Part shown: positions 14,132-26,688 of the stretch, piece by piece
How the letters are laid out: each line of letters begins with the position of its first letter
How positions within the stretch are numbered: position 1 is the stretch's first letter
Assembly: GCF_009914755.1 (NCBI RefSeq)
Contig: NC_060934.1
DNA: 64,000 nt
Direction: 5' to 3' (one strand)
Source of the DNA: the human T2T-CHM13v2.0 reference genome, Homo sapiens
Notes under the pieces: model-generated
Database searches by the model: none
The model's input: the letters and a program-made list of their open reading frames with translations, nothing else
Told to the model about the DNA's origin: nothing
Translations under genes and position numbers: made by a program

Positions 14132-14426
14132 GGCTGGATGTGGTGGCTCACACCTGTAATCCCAGCATTTTCGAAGCCTGAGACAGGTGGATTATGAGGT
14201 CAGGAGTTCGAGACCAGTCTGGCCAACATGGTGAAACCCTGTCTCTACTAAAAATACAAAAATTAGCTGGGTGTTGTGACATGCACCTGTAATCCCAGCT
14301 ACTTGGGAGGCTGAGGCAGGAGGATCACTTTAGCTCAGAAGGCAGAGGTTGCAGTGAGCCAAGATCATGCCACTGCACTCCAGCCTGGGTGACACAGCAA
14401 GATTCCACCTCAAAAAAAAAAAAAAA
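14132..14426 (+). mobile_element. Alu (AluSg-like)
   Basis: GGATTATGAGGTCAGGAGTTCGAGACC (2-bp deletion type); A15 tail. Confidence 0.93.
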
Positions 14427-14427
14427 G

Positions 14428-14560
14428 TTTAATTATATAATATAGAGATGGGATCTCACTTTGTTGTCCAGACTGGTCTCAAACTTCTGGGCTCAAGAAA
14501 TCCTCTTGCCTTGGCCTCCAAAAATGCTAGGATTATAGGCATGAGACACCACGTGTGGCC
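14428..14560 (-). mobile_element. FLAM_C / AluJ left monomer
   Basis: AGAGATGGGATCTCACTTTGTTG..CTTCTGGGCTCAAG..CACGTGTGGCC; monomer only. Confidence 0.85.
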
Positions 14561-16289
14561 TGAAATAACTTTTGAATTAACACTTATTTGTCTCTTCAAC
14601 TAATAGATAACCAAGAGGTTGAGCAGCTAACTAGAACCATACTTTCAACATTGATGCAATTATTGCATACTACCTAAATTTGGAGTGCTAATCAATCAAA
14701 TGATGTCAGACCTGTACTATGAGCAAGAATGTGTAAGTTATGATAATGATTTTAGGTTAGTACAGACTTCATTGTTAAAGGTTCTATATAACATACTGGT
14801 TATAACATGCAATTGTTCCAAAGGAGAGAATAAACTAGTCAAGATCTTTTGTTCTGCATCATTTGAATATCCATGAGTAAATTCTGCTAAAATTTAGTTA
14901 TATTCTGTAGAATTTCAGGAAGTTTAATAATAAACAATCCAATATAACTTTTTATTTGGTACCTGTTTTAGAGATTTAACAGTGACCTTTTTTCATAAAC
15001 TTTCCTACATTTTTTAAATGGAAAGTTTAGTAACTGGGAGGTGATTAAAACCTTTGATATGAACATCAAGAAAAATCAAAAAAGAGAAAACATATATAGC
15101 ATAAAATTATAACATACTGGGCCATGTACAGGTTTTGGGAGCTACAGATTCTAATTCTGACTCCGTGTTAATCTGCAGTCTGATTGTAGATGAATGGATT
15201 ATTATTTTTCTTTTCTATAACACATCAGTAAACTGTGCTATCTATTTCACAGAGCTTTTGGGAAAGAGAAAAAAGCCCCAAAATATTAAAGCACTTGGCA
15301 CAAATAAAAGACTATATAAGACAATAGAAAAGCAGTGACTGACGAGAAGTTTTACCTCTGAGTAAATATAAGTGAGACTTATATTCCAGTGAGACTTAAG
15401 ATACTATCAGAGGATGCCAAGCCAAGAGTTCTTTAAAGAAAATCAAGAACCATCCACTTCTGGGGTTGGCAAAATGGTGTGTGAACTCAAAGTGTGAAAG
15501 TCCACTTTAATTGTCACTGTAATTCCTTGACATTCTTTAAAAAATTGTGTGCATTAAGAATCAATAAATACTTCCTGATGTCAGTAAATAAATAAAATAA
15601 TAATTAGTAGTATGTTTTCAGTCCTAAAACCTAAACATATTTAGTAATATAAAGTACTAGTATATTGTAATATGTTGAGTGGAAACTGTAAAAATGTCCT
15701 AATATGAGATGATATATAGTGTTGTGCTTTATAGGGAATCCTTATAGCTAAAGTCTAGAAGTCTGCTCAGGGAAAAAGCTAACAATCAGTCAAGCAATGG
15801 TAATTGAGTTCCTACCAAGACCTATCACTGGGCACAAACTGAAGGCCAGGCCTCAACTAGATGGGGGTCATGGCATAGGACTATGAAAAAGCACAAAGTA
15901 ACATATAATTAAAAATGAACTTGCATGGTAAAGTCTGATGATGCGGTAGTCAAGGGACTAGAGAGTGCACAGGTGGAGGGAATGAAGGTGACATGCTAAA
16001 GGACCCCGGGTAAGAGAGAACACAGTGAGATTCAGGAGGGAGCAAAGCTCAGTGATTGCTCTATGCTTAGTGTGGGGAAACACTGAGTGCCTTAAAGTCA
16101 GAAAACCTGGAAATGAGCACCAGGCTTTTTTCTTTAGCATTTGTATAACTTTGGGCAGACCTCTTCATCAAGCCTGTTTCATCACTGGTAAAATGAGAAT
16201 AAAAGTTGGCCATCCTTCAAATACGGTGATCAAATTGGATAAATGTACTCCAAAAACTGTAGTTTGAGTTAGCAGAGTTAGCTTAGGGA

Positions 16290-16830
16290 GTGGAAGGAGC
16301 TAGGCATGGTAGGGGCAGAGGTTGTGTGATGGGAATGGCAAGCTGTACAATTGGAGAGAAGGGAGCAGGCCAGATCTCAAAGTGCTCTGGATACTCTGTT
16401 GTGGAGTTTGCTTATTATCTTGTAAGTTACAGGGAAGCACGAGAAAGATTAAGCAGGGGAAAGATATGATTGGATTTGCATTCTGCAGTGTACAATGACC
16501 ACACACACAGTGGGTTGGTTGGTGGGTGGCCGGGAGGCCACTGGCCATGGCAATGGTTTAAGTGAGAAAAAGAACTGAGGCTGTGACACAGAGAAGGATT
16601 ATGAGTTTGTGAACTTTTCTGGGGAAAGAAAAGGCAGGCCTTACTGACTAGTTAAAAGTGAAGGCATGAGTGAAATTTGGGCATCTAGAATAATTCCCAG
16701 ATTTCTATACTGAGCGAGATAGTGAATACAAGAGAAGCACATTTAGAGAAAGGGAGAAATGATGATTTCTATTAGAACTTGTTGGATGTGACGTGTTTGT
16801 AGAACATCCAAGGAGAATGATCCAGTAAGG
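16290..16830 (-). mobile_element. L2 fragment
   Basis: GCAGGCCAGATC..TAAGCAGGGGAAAGATATGATTGGATTTGCATT..GTGTTTGTAGAACATCCAAGG. Confidence 0.65.
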
Positions 16831-16939
16831 GGGAGGATCTAAGCATCAGAACACTTATATTCTACCTAACACAAGACTCTGTAGAATGAACCTAACATGA
16901 GATTCTATAGGATGCATTTCATCTTAGCATCAAAAGAAA

Positions 16940-17590
16940 GGTCTGGAACCTTCATACTACGTGGCAGGTGAGAATGTAAAGTGGTGCCATTATTTTGGAA
17001 AACAGTTTGCCAGTTCATCAAAAAGTTAAAATAGGGTTGCTATATGATCTAAAAGTTACCTTTTTCATATGTTCCCAAGAGAAATGAAAACATGTATTTA
17101 CATGAAGTCTTGTACACAAATGTTTATAGCAACATTATTCATAATAAAAAAGTGAAAGCAATGCAAATGTCCATCAACATGGATAAACAAAATGTGGTCT
17201 AGCTATACACTGGAATATTATTCAAGAATAAAAGGGAATGAAGTACTGATATATTCTACAACATAGATGGACCTTGGAAATAGTGCTAAGTGAAAGAAGC
17301 TGGGCATAAAAGGGCACATATTGTATGATTCCATTTATATGAAATGTCCCACATAGGCAAATTCAAAGAGACAGAAAGTACATTAGTGATTGCCTAAGGC
17401 TGGGTTGGGTAGGAGTAAGGGGGCAGTGAATACTAATGGGTTTGGCTTTTCTGTGGTGATAAAAATGTTCTAAAATTGACTGAGGTCATTGTTGTACAAC
17501 TCTATAAATGGGCTAAAACCCATCAAATTATTTACTCTAAAGGGTAAATTTTATGGTATGTGAAATATTTCTCAATAAAGCTGTTAAAAG
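16940..17590 (+). mobile_element. L1MB-type 3' end
   Basis: GAATGTAAAGTGG..TGTATGATTCCATTTATATGAAATGTCC..ATAGGCAAATTC..CTCAATAAAGCTGTTAAAA. Confidence 0.85.
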
Positions 17591-17719
17591 CAAAAGGCCA
17601 TTGGCACACAGGTAGGTGAACATTTCCATTCCCACCCAATTGAACCCATCGAGTAAGAATGCATGATTCAGATGAGAGGACTTTGCTTTTGGCAATGTGA
17701 TTGTCTAAACTAATAGACA

Positions 17720-18450
17720 CACATTCCAGCAACTATATCTAGAAATACTGAATAAAATATAGCAAAAAAATTTTAAGACACCACCTAAGCCTGCATGAAA
17801 GATGGGTTTTATAGGTGTCAGATATTGGAACTACAAGTGCTCTTTAAGCAGCCGAACAAATTGGGAGGCGAGAAGTTGGTTCCAATACAAAGATACAAAG
17901 CAAGAAACTGTTTTCCTACTGACTATGCACAAATGGCAGACAAGACCTTGTGAAGAGGGAGGCGTTATGGAAACCCCAGCTTACAGCCAGGGCTACACAC
18001 TCAGCAAATGGAAAATAGAAAAAAATCTACTCACCACCAGAGAGAGACAATTAAAAAAAGGTCTTATTTCTTGCTGATTTCCAGGCAGAGCAAAATTTTC
18101 TTATAAGAAATCACAACCCAAGTCTTGTTCCTTAAGTAGGTTTGGAGTCTGAATTTCTAGCTAAGAAACTAACATAAACTTGGTCAAAACCCGGTGCTAT
18201 TCCCGAGATATCTGGAAGCATCACACGCAAAGTTGCTGCAGAGGGACTTTCCCCCAACCTAGGCAGTTGGGACTTACCACAGAACAAAATCCCACTGAAG
18301 ATGAGCTCACAATCCAACATTTAAAGAGATGCCGGGAACAAATTCCTCACAATCAAAAGTCTATACATTCAACAAATCAGAATACTACCCTTAACCCCCA
18401 AAACGTGACATAGTAAAATCAAATCTGAAAGAGACTATAAACATTTTTTA
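17720..18450 (+). mobile_element. Ancient L1M/HAL1-type 5' region (tentative)
   Basis: AAGATGAGCTCACAAT motif in an A-rich context, like old L1M 5' regions. Confidence 0.35.
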
Positions 18451-18699
18451 CAGAGATGAATTATTAAGCAGTTTGAAGCCATGAAGTAGAGGCATATATG
18501 TTAACATGGAAAGGTGTTAAAAAGAGTGCCGAATTCAGAAAAAGAAGAAGAAGAATGTGACCTCTCTAGCACAGAACCATGTATAGAAGAAGAAAATAGG
18601 AATGGGGATTGGGATAAACAATAAATAAAGTAAAATAATAATAACAGCTCCTGTGTGGACTGATGATGACAGCAGGCAATGACCAAAGGCACCATCACT

Positions 18700-18892
18700 T
18701 ACAGAGAAACGCAAAGGCCTCAGAGTCAGATGGCCTCCATTCAAATCCTGGAGCTGCCACCTCCATTGACTGGGTCACCTTGGATAGGTAAGTTTCTTAA
18801 TTACTCTGTGCCTCAGTTTCCCCTTTCTAAATTACCGTTTACCATAGTACTCCTCCATAGGAGTGTTGAGAAAATATATCATGCTTGGCAAA
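18700..18892 (+). mobile_element. MIR SINE
   Basis: TTCAAATCCTGG..TTCTTAATTACTCTGTGCCTCAGTTTCCCC. Confidence 0.7.
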
Positions 18893-20789
18893 CGTTTTGG
18901 CCATTGCAGCAGCCCCTGTGACGTACTGCCCAGGCCCTCTTCAGGATAGAGGGATCCCCTCTTCCTGGTGCTGAGAGTGCTGTAGGCAGGAGTCTCTCTG
19001 CTGCAGACAGCTGCCTTGCCTGAAGTTACCCTCCCTTCCTGAGGTGGCCTGTCTCCAATATGTGAGATGACAGGGTCTGACCTCTTGTCCGTGCTGAAGA
19101 CATCTCTGAAGGACCAACTTAGCCCCGCCTCCTATTGGGGTGGGATACACTTATATATCTTTCAGGTATCTCATATTTTAGAATAAAATTAAAGTAAGCA
19201 TGATGCATGGCCTTCATAAATCTGGGCTGCCTGGTTTATTCTCCCACCATAACAGTGTTTCTCTAATTTTTAATTTTAATCTCAATGGTCTTTCACTTTC
19301 AGAATGGTAGATTCCGCACAAGTGTACACCTTCATCATGCTACTACCCACTATGCTTTACTTCCTAGTAGATCTTTTTCTTTTAAACAAATAGTAACATT
19401 TACTTCCCATTTTAGAAACCTAAATTCTGTATTTACTTTGTCTTTAATATGCATACATAGATTGTTCCTGACAAATTTCCGAAGATAATCACCTCTTTGG
19501 AAGCTGCTCTTCCACTTTGTTGCAGTCATATTGTCCATACAATTTATCTTTAGTTGTTTTTTTTTTCTTCTGGATTTCTTACTCTCTGTTCCTTGAATTC
19601 AGTGTCCTTTCTTTTTGATGGCATCTCGGAGCCTCTGACAAAAAATTTCCCACGTGTTCTTTGCAAAATAAACTCCTCTTGTCAGTCAGTATACTTTCCA
19701 TTAAACCATAACTCTAACATGAGAAAGGATTATCTCTCTTCCTATATATATTGTATTTTTTTCATTGAATATAAGTCACAAGGGCTTAATTTAGAAAAAA
19801 AATGGTGATTATTACTCTACCATCGACTGAACTGATTGTTAACAACTCTAACATATTTTCTGAAGTCAGGTCTTCTTATGATGAAAGAGGAATTCAGACA
19901 TTACCTGTGCCCCCAGGTCTCTGTTTCTTGACCTGAGCTTCAAAGTCTCCAGAGATACATGGTAGATTTTTAACGATCGTATCATGTGTTCCTACATGAA
20001 TCAGCAGAGGTGGGTAGTGATCATTGTCTGATTAGTCTGGCAGGTTGTCGGCCGTAGCTTGCAGGGGTGCTATGTGAAGATGGCGGAATTCCCAACGTGC
20101 TTCTGCAAAATTTTATGTATTCATCCCCCTCTGCTCTCAGTAGGGTGTTACCACCTGCGGATCCTTTGCTTTCCCCGCTGGATACTAACAGCCTTTTTCA
20201 TAATTGCTAGCACCTATGGAATTGAGTGTTGAACTGAACAAACAATAGTCTTTCTCTGTAATGTCAGAGTTATTCATAAGACGAGGCAGTGTTAGACATA
20301 AGAAAGAGCACTGGGCAAAGAATCAGACAACCAGGATTTGGTTCCATTCTTTTATTATCAAAGAATAAAAAAAAACAATATTATTTTAAGATGCAGTCCC
20401 AAGTCTTATAAGAAATTTGAAGGCTTCTGGGATCTAATCTAGGTCATGCCCATTCTGCCTTCCCTTGCTGTGTGCCCCTGACACAAGCATGGAAACATGT
20501 ATTCACTTACCTTTGCCCTTGGGAACACTTTGGTGGGGAAAAATGTTGATATAGGTTAGCATTTTTATAAACTGTCAAGTTGTACGTATATAAATTAATA
20601 GGAAAGTTTTAACGAAAAGTGTCCTTCCCTGAGGTAAATAATTCCTCCCTTTCTTTCTGCTGTGCTCTGTCACTCCACACTCCTACCCACTGGCATCTCT
20701 TTCCTTATCCTCTGGGAAACTTCCTCTTTCTGGCTTTCTTCCTAGAATCTTTTTCTCCCTTCTTCTCTAAGAATCCTTTATTGTACAAA

Positions 20790-21000
20790 CTGGGCAACAT
20801 GGTGAAAGCCTGTCTCTACTAGAAGTACAAAATGGTGGTACATGCCTGTACTTCAGCTACCAGAGGCTGAGGTGGGATGATCGCCCAAGCCTGGGAGGTC
20901 CAGGCTGCAGTGAGCTGAGATCAGACCAGTGCCCTCCAGTCTGAGCGACCGGAGTGAGACCATGTCTCCAAAATTAAAAAAAAAAAAAAAAAAAAAAAAA
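20790..21000 (+). mobile_element. 5'-truncated AluJ with A25 tail
   Basis: CTGGGCAACATGGTGAAA..GAGGTCCAGGCTGCAGTGAGC, then poly-A. Confidence 0.9.
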
Positions 21001-21864
21001 CAAGGAAAACCACTGTAGAGAATAATCTGGAGTGCTGAGAGGTATTATTTAAGACCCTTTATCTCACCCTCTAGCAGGGAGATGAGCTTGCATCTGTATC
21101 AAGTAGAGTTGGTCATTAGCTCAGGCAGAAGACACAGGAGAGTCCCTGTTTTGCAGGCCATGGTGTCTGCTCCTAGAGCCTCTAACTGAACTCACAATTG
21201 TTAAGATTCCCTCATGGACTCTCCGGGAAAATTTATTTGTCATCGTATGCTGACAAGTTCTTACCCCAAAGCAATTAAGCGCTGGGGAGAAATTTCATGT
21301 TGCTGGGAGAAAACATACTGTGTGGCCTGGAGGCCTCAGAATATTTCCATAAACAGCAGATGTTTGATTTCTGTTGCAATGATTCATGAAGCCAGACTTG
21401 CTTTCATGATAAGAATTTGAATGAGGAGGAGGCAAACTTTTACTTCTATCAAAGAAATGAGTAGTGTCCGTAAGATAGAAGTTTATGCATACATTAGTGA
21501 TGAGGCCCTGATGTAGTTGATTATGGTATTTAAAGCCAACCAAAAGGGGCCTTATTTTCTGTTTTAAAAGTAATTGTAGAAAATTTGGAATATATAAAGT
21601 GCAAAGATGGAAATGAAAAATTCTGCAAATCCACCCTGCCCCTCCCAAAGACAAGTGTATCTTTAGTGATAAGAGACTGATAATAGGGAATGGGCATTGT
21701 CAACTTAATACCAGACACCTTGTCGCCATCTCAGTGACTGAGATGGAACGCCAACCCAGGCAGACTGTTCATCATCTGTGCTCCTAATCCCTTGCTGCAC
21801 TGCTCCCAACTGACAGTATCTGAAAGGGTGCTTCTAGGATCCCAGAATAATCGTAAAGCAAATG

Positions 21865-22060
21865 ACCAAGGTGCCAGGCACCAACCATGCGTCATCCTAG
21901 TTAATCCCCATAGTAACCCTTTGAGGAAGGTACTATGGTTATCTCCACTTCTTAGGTGAGGAAACTTGGGCTTAGAGAGGTGATAAACCTGCCCAAGGCC
22001 AAGTTTACACAGCTTATGAACAGAGAAGCTGGGATTCAAAACAGATCTTTTGAGCAGAAT
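21865..22060 (-). mobile_element. MIR SINE
   Basis: GTGCCAGGCAC..GAGGAAACTTGGGCTTAGAGAGG..CCTGCCCAAGGCC..CTGGGATTCAAA. Confidence 0.75.
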
Positions 22061-22461
22061 CCTTACTCTTGGGAACCATAATGAACATTTACTGCTTTCC
22101 TGGACTGTTAGAGTTAGAGGGGATCCCAGCAGTCATCTTTTCCAAATTGCTTATTTTATAAAAGGGGCAATTGAGAATCAGAGACCTGAAGCAATTTGCC
22201 AAAGGAAATAGAGTTGGTCAACGGCCATGCCTAACATTCAAATCTCCTGGCTAGCAGCACGGTGTTCCTTTAATTGAGCAGGGCTCCAGTTGCAGGAAGC
22301 AGAAAGGTGTTTCTGAACGCTGGGCAGTTTCTTTCAGAGGAACAGTTTTATATCATTTCTTACATCATTTTCTTGGGTCATCCTGCATGACACCCACACG
22401 AACTTCTCATATTTCCTTTATTTTTCACATGCTAGGAATTCACCTAGGAAAAGTAGAGTTT

Positions 22462-22740
22462 GGCTGGGTGCAGTGGCTCACTGCTATAATCCTAGCACTT
22501 TGGGAGGCCGAGGCGGGCGGATTACCTGAGGTCGGGAGTTCAAGACCATCTTGGCCAACATGGTGAAACCTTGTCTCTACTAAAAAATACAAACAATTAG
22601 CAGGTGCAGTGGTGCGGACCTGTAATTCCAGCTACTTGGGAGGCTGAGGCAGGAGAATCACCTGAAAATGGGAGGCAGAAGGCTGCAGTGAGCTAACATC
22701 ATGCCACTGCACTCTAGCCTGGGCTACAGGGCAAAGCTTT
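22462..22740 (+). mobile_element. Alu (AluSp/Sq-like)
   Basis: GGCTGGGTGCAGTGGCTCAC..GAGGTCGGGAGTTCAAGACC. Confidence 0.93.
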
Positions 22741-22838
22741 GAAAAAGAAAGAAAGAAAGAAGAAAAGAAAGACAGAGAGAGAAAGAAAGAGAGAAAGAAA
22801 GAAAGAAAGAAAGAGAGAAAGAAAGAAAGAAAGAAGGA

Positions 22839-22886
<48 letters not shown>

Positions 22887-22950
22887 AAAAGAAAGAGAGA
22901 AAGAAAGCAAGCAGGCAGGCAGGCAGGCAGGCAAGCAAGCAAGCAAGCAG
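22741..22950 (+). repeat. Compound microsatellite (GAAA)n-(GCAG)n-(GCAA)n derived from the Alu tail
   Basis: Seen directly; source of the spurious low-complexity ORFs at 22632-23088. Confidence 0.95.
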
Positions 22951-25058
22951 CTCAGCCTCTACGGTGTTAAATTCCACTTCCCAGAAACTCAAGGCAGTGT
23001 ATGAAAGCCAAAATTCCAATCCCATATAAGTAATTGGATGGACTTTTGACTCTCTGGTTCCAAATGTACAGGAAGAGATCAAACACAAGAGAAAAATCGC
23101 CAGAACACCATGTCCCTAACTATAGGAGCAAACCTTTCTTTGTGCTAAATAGATGAAAGGTAACAGATGCTTGAACCTTAGCTCTGGTGAGAGAGATCCA
23201 GGTGAAGTGTCGTCATTGTCTGAATGGCCACATAGCTCCATTTTTCAATCAACAGAAGCTCCATGTATGGAAGAGAGGAGCAAGGCACAAAGGCAAAGGA
23301 ACAAGGCGGTAAGTGAAATATTTAAGGTCATGAGGTGATGGAGGCTTAGAAGCCAAGAAAAGAATTCCAGAGGAATCATCTGCAAGAAACAATGAATTAT
23401 GTCTTCTCCAAACAATGTATTGAACAGACAAGCTCACGTTGGGCAATCTCACTGCTTTCTTCTTGAACTCCTAGTTCTCTGTCTCTGTCTCTCACCCTTT
23501 TACCTCTTACACAATGTATTTCTTTAACCCCATATTCGCATTGAAGAGTAGGGTAAAGGCTCACAAAATCTGTTGCTTTCCAGAGTTCTTGCCAATGGAG
23601 TATCTGGAAGACAGCCAAATATTCTCACTGGCTGGGCTAGCAATCAAGAGTGTATGCCTTGATGCAGTTATTATCTTACCTGGGTGTACCTTTTAAGTGC
23701 AGCCTTCTTTTGCACCTAAGTATGCCTAGAAAAAAGAAGTCTTCCAGGTTTTTCTGTATCCTGAAATTTCTTGTCTCACTTCCCCCAGTAAGTAACATAG
23801 CACCTGCTCATTTACTGGTTGTACGTGTGTTTTTAATTAGACACATGTCTTTTGGAGGCATTTCAGGAGCCGTTAAACTCTTTTTCTCTTTTTGAACATA
23901 AAAAAAAAATCCCCAATTACTTCACTGCTTGTGTCAGGCTTGATTCTTAAAGGTTTGAAATGTTTTTCAGATGGAAGAGACTGTGGCAGCCAAACATGTA
24001 TCGTCTTTCAAGTTATGTCAGTTCCATGATTTTTAACAAAGAAAAGTCATCTGGTGGATGACAATGCTTGACAAAAATCAAAGTAATGCTTACCATGTAG
24101 ATCAATTTATTCAACTTACTGGAAAATTGTATAGAGGAAGAGAAAAATCTCTAATATTACAAACTTCAGCACCCCTAAAGGGAAGTGCCAGAAAGTTCAT
24201 TGATAAGTCCTGGTTTATGGTGTTTCTTCTTTTCCAGTGCTCAGGCCACTCTTAAACATTTGGCATAAAGTAGTGCATTAAACCTCTAATTCCCCTAGGG
24301 TACTAAATGATACCTCCCTATTTTGAATATCTGATGGTGGGTTGGCTTTAAGAAATCTACCAGACCTGCTTCTCCTCCCATGATAGTTTATCAATTCCAT
24401 TATCATTCAACTAAGTAGAGTGGCCTAGAATTGCCTGAGCTTCCTGAGGAATTAAAGATAATCATCATCAATAAATATTTATTGTACACCCTTTTTCTGG
24501 TTAAGAGACTGTGCCAGGCACTGTACAAAATCTGATTACAGCTCCACAGCTACTGCCCAAAGGGGCTTGCAATCTAATTATAGACAGCCCAGATGAGATA
24601 AGCACAGATGACAAGCTCTGGCCAGGCAATCCTGTGTTGTTCATCTAAAAGAGAGAGAGGATTAAAAAAACATAGTGTACTTTGTTGGGTTAAAGGAAAA
24701 ATGACTTTCCCTCTCCTCCAATCCTATGTGTTTATTTTCAATCTGGGTTTAGGGAAATAAGTTTGAATGTTCGTAAATGTTGCTATCCATGAAGTCTTAT
24801 CCACTGCTTTATAAAGTCCGAGGCACATTTCATAATTTTTGCTGTTCTCTCCCTTCCTTTCTTCTTGTACACCCCCAGGCCTTGAGCAGGACTTAATGCC
24901 ACTTAAAGCAGAAATAAGTGGTATCCAAGAAATAGCCTTTTTCATAGCAACAAGGTTTTGGCCTTTCTTATGTTCTGAAGCACCAAAGCAGCAGAGAGAC
25001 TCAGAGGAGAAACCATATAATGAAGAAAGGGTAACAAAGACCCCCTCATGTTTTATAT

Positions 25059-25241
25059 CAGTGGTTCTCCAACAGCAGCTCCTGAACCACAGCACCGACA
25101 TCATCCGGAAACTTTTAGAAATATGCATCTTCAGGCCCCACTTCACACCAACTGAACCAGGACTTGCAATGGGACTCAACCACTTGGGCTTTGACAAGCC
25201 CCGCTGGTGAAGCTGAGGTGCTCTCGGGCTGAAAATCGCTG
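25059..25241. mobile_element. MER5A (hAT-Charlie)
   Basis: CAGTGGTTCTC..GAAAATCGCTG TIRs with 8-bp TSD-like flanks TTTTATAT / CTTTGTAT. Confidence 0.8.
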
Positions 25242-25763
25242 CTTTGTATGCTCCACAATCAGAGGGGTTTTGAGACAGCTCTGTCACTGCTCCTATTTGG
25301 TGCCTACTGGTATAAAAATCCCAAAGCAGACATGCTGCTAGAATGTCTTTGGCCAGAGTTGAAAAGGCATCTCCATAAACTCAAAACAAGCATATTTAGG
25401 ACATTAATGAGGAAGGACTGAATGAAATTTGTGGGGAAGGGGAGAGGTCAGAGTCCTTTGGAAGAGTCTTGTTCCCTACGTGGTTCCCAGTTTGTTCTGG
25501 AAGAATCTGAGAGTGAATACAGGGAAAGAAGCCCCTGTGATCTGCTATGGTGTCTTTAGATTCCATTGGAAGTTTGTAAAGTACAATAACCACTGTCAGT
25601 GTATTAACCCAAGTGACCTAATGATTCATCAGTGATGACCTTGTGAGTGAAAATTACCTCGGCTGTAGGAGATGATTGCTTGCCAGGACCTGGTGTCAGG
25701 AGTTGCAAAGTTGGACGTCTTAGATGTGGAAAAAGAGATAGCCGAGGCAGCACAGAGCAAGAC

Positions 25764-26130
25764 TGTTAGTCCACTTTCACACTGCTGATAAAGACATACC
25801 CGAGACTGGGCAATTTACAAAAGAAAGAGGTTTAATGGACTCAGTTCCACATGGCTGGGGAGGCCTCACAATCATTGCTGAAGGCAAGGAGGAGCAAGTC
25901 ATGTCTTACATGGATGGCAGCAGGCAAAGAGAGAGAGCATGTGCAGGAGAACACCTCTTTATAAAACCATCAGATCTCATGAGACTTACTCGCTATCATG
26001 AGAACAGCACAGGAAAGACTTGCCCCCATGTTTCAATGATCTCCCACTGGGTTCCTCCCACAACACTTGGGAATTATGGGAGCTACAATTCAAGATGAGA
26101 TTTGGGTGGGGACACAGGCAAACCATATCA
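25764..26130 (-). mobile_element. THE1B-like MaLR solo LTR
   Basis: CTGCTGATAAAGACATACCCGAGACTGGG..GATTTGGGTGGGGACACAG..AACCATATCA; perfect 5-bp TSD AAGAC (25759-25763 / 26131-26135). Confidence 0.93.
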
Positions 26131-26188
26131 AAGACCAACCAAGGGGAGCAGGAAGACCTGACATTCCTCCGAGAAATGGAAATGCAAC

Positions 26189-26688
26189 TGTTGTGTTGAG
26201 CACCTACAAACTCACATAGAGAAGGCACAGATTCAAGACATGAAAGAAGAGACCCAGAGCCAACAAATGAGACATGGAGTTTTATCAGGGGCTAACACAT
26301 AGGGCAGAGAGTCCAGTGGCAGTGGGCTGCATAGGAGAACCACCTTACGTACGGTCCAGTGGCAGCAGGCTGGGAAGGAAAACCATCATCACTTGCAAAC
26401 AACATGCAGTCTATACAACATTTTCACTTAACATCCTCCCCTTAATGTCCTCCATCTGGCAACCTTCATCCAACCCAAAACTCAGGGCCTCAATCCCCTA
26501 TGTGGCCTGTGTTCCACTGGACAGGCAGAAGGGCTCAAATGTTCTTCACAGACAAGAAATGAATCTCCGGGTTGGCCACTCCAGGATTCCCTGGCTTGGA
26601 ACACATATTCAGGTGTATTTGCCGTACATATTCAGGGTCATTCTCAGGGTATGCTTAAGTTATTGCTATCAAGTACGTTTATCATACA
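26189..26688 (-). mobile_element. ERVL solo LTR (LTR32/LTR47-like)
   Basis: TG..CA termini; perfect TSD GCAAC (26184-26188 / 26689-26693); reverse strand reads AGCAATAACTTAAGCATACCCTGAGAATGACCCTG. Confidence 0.8.

Noticed and set aside
22632-23088. Overlapping K/E/R-rich and F/L/S-rich ORFs
   Set aside because: Translations of the (GAAA)n tract and the adjacent Alu.
24724-25287. 187-aa (-) and 123-aa (+) ORFs
   Set aside because: Non-ATG starts, run through MER5A, no recognisable domain.
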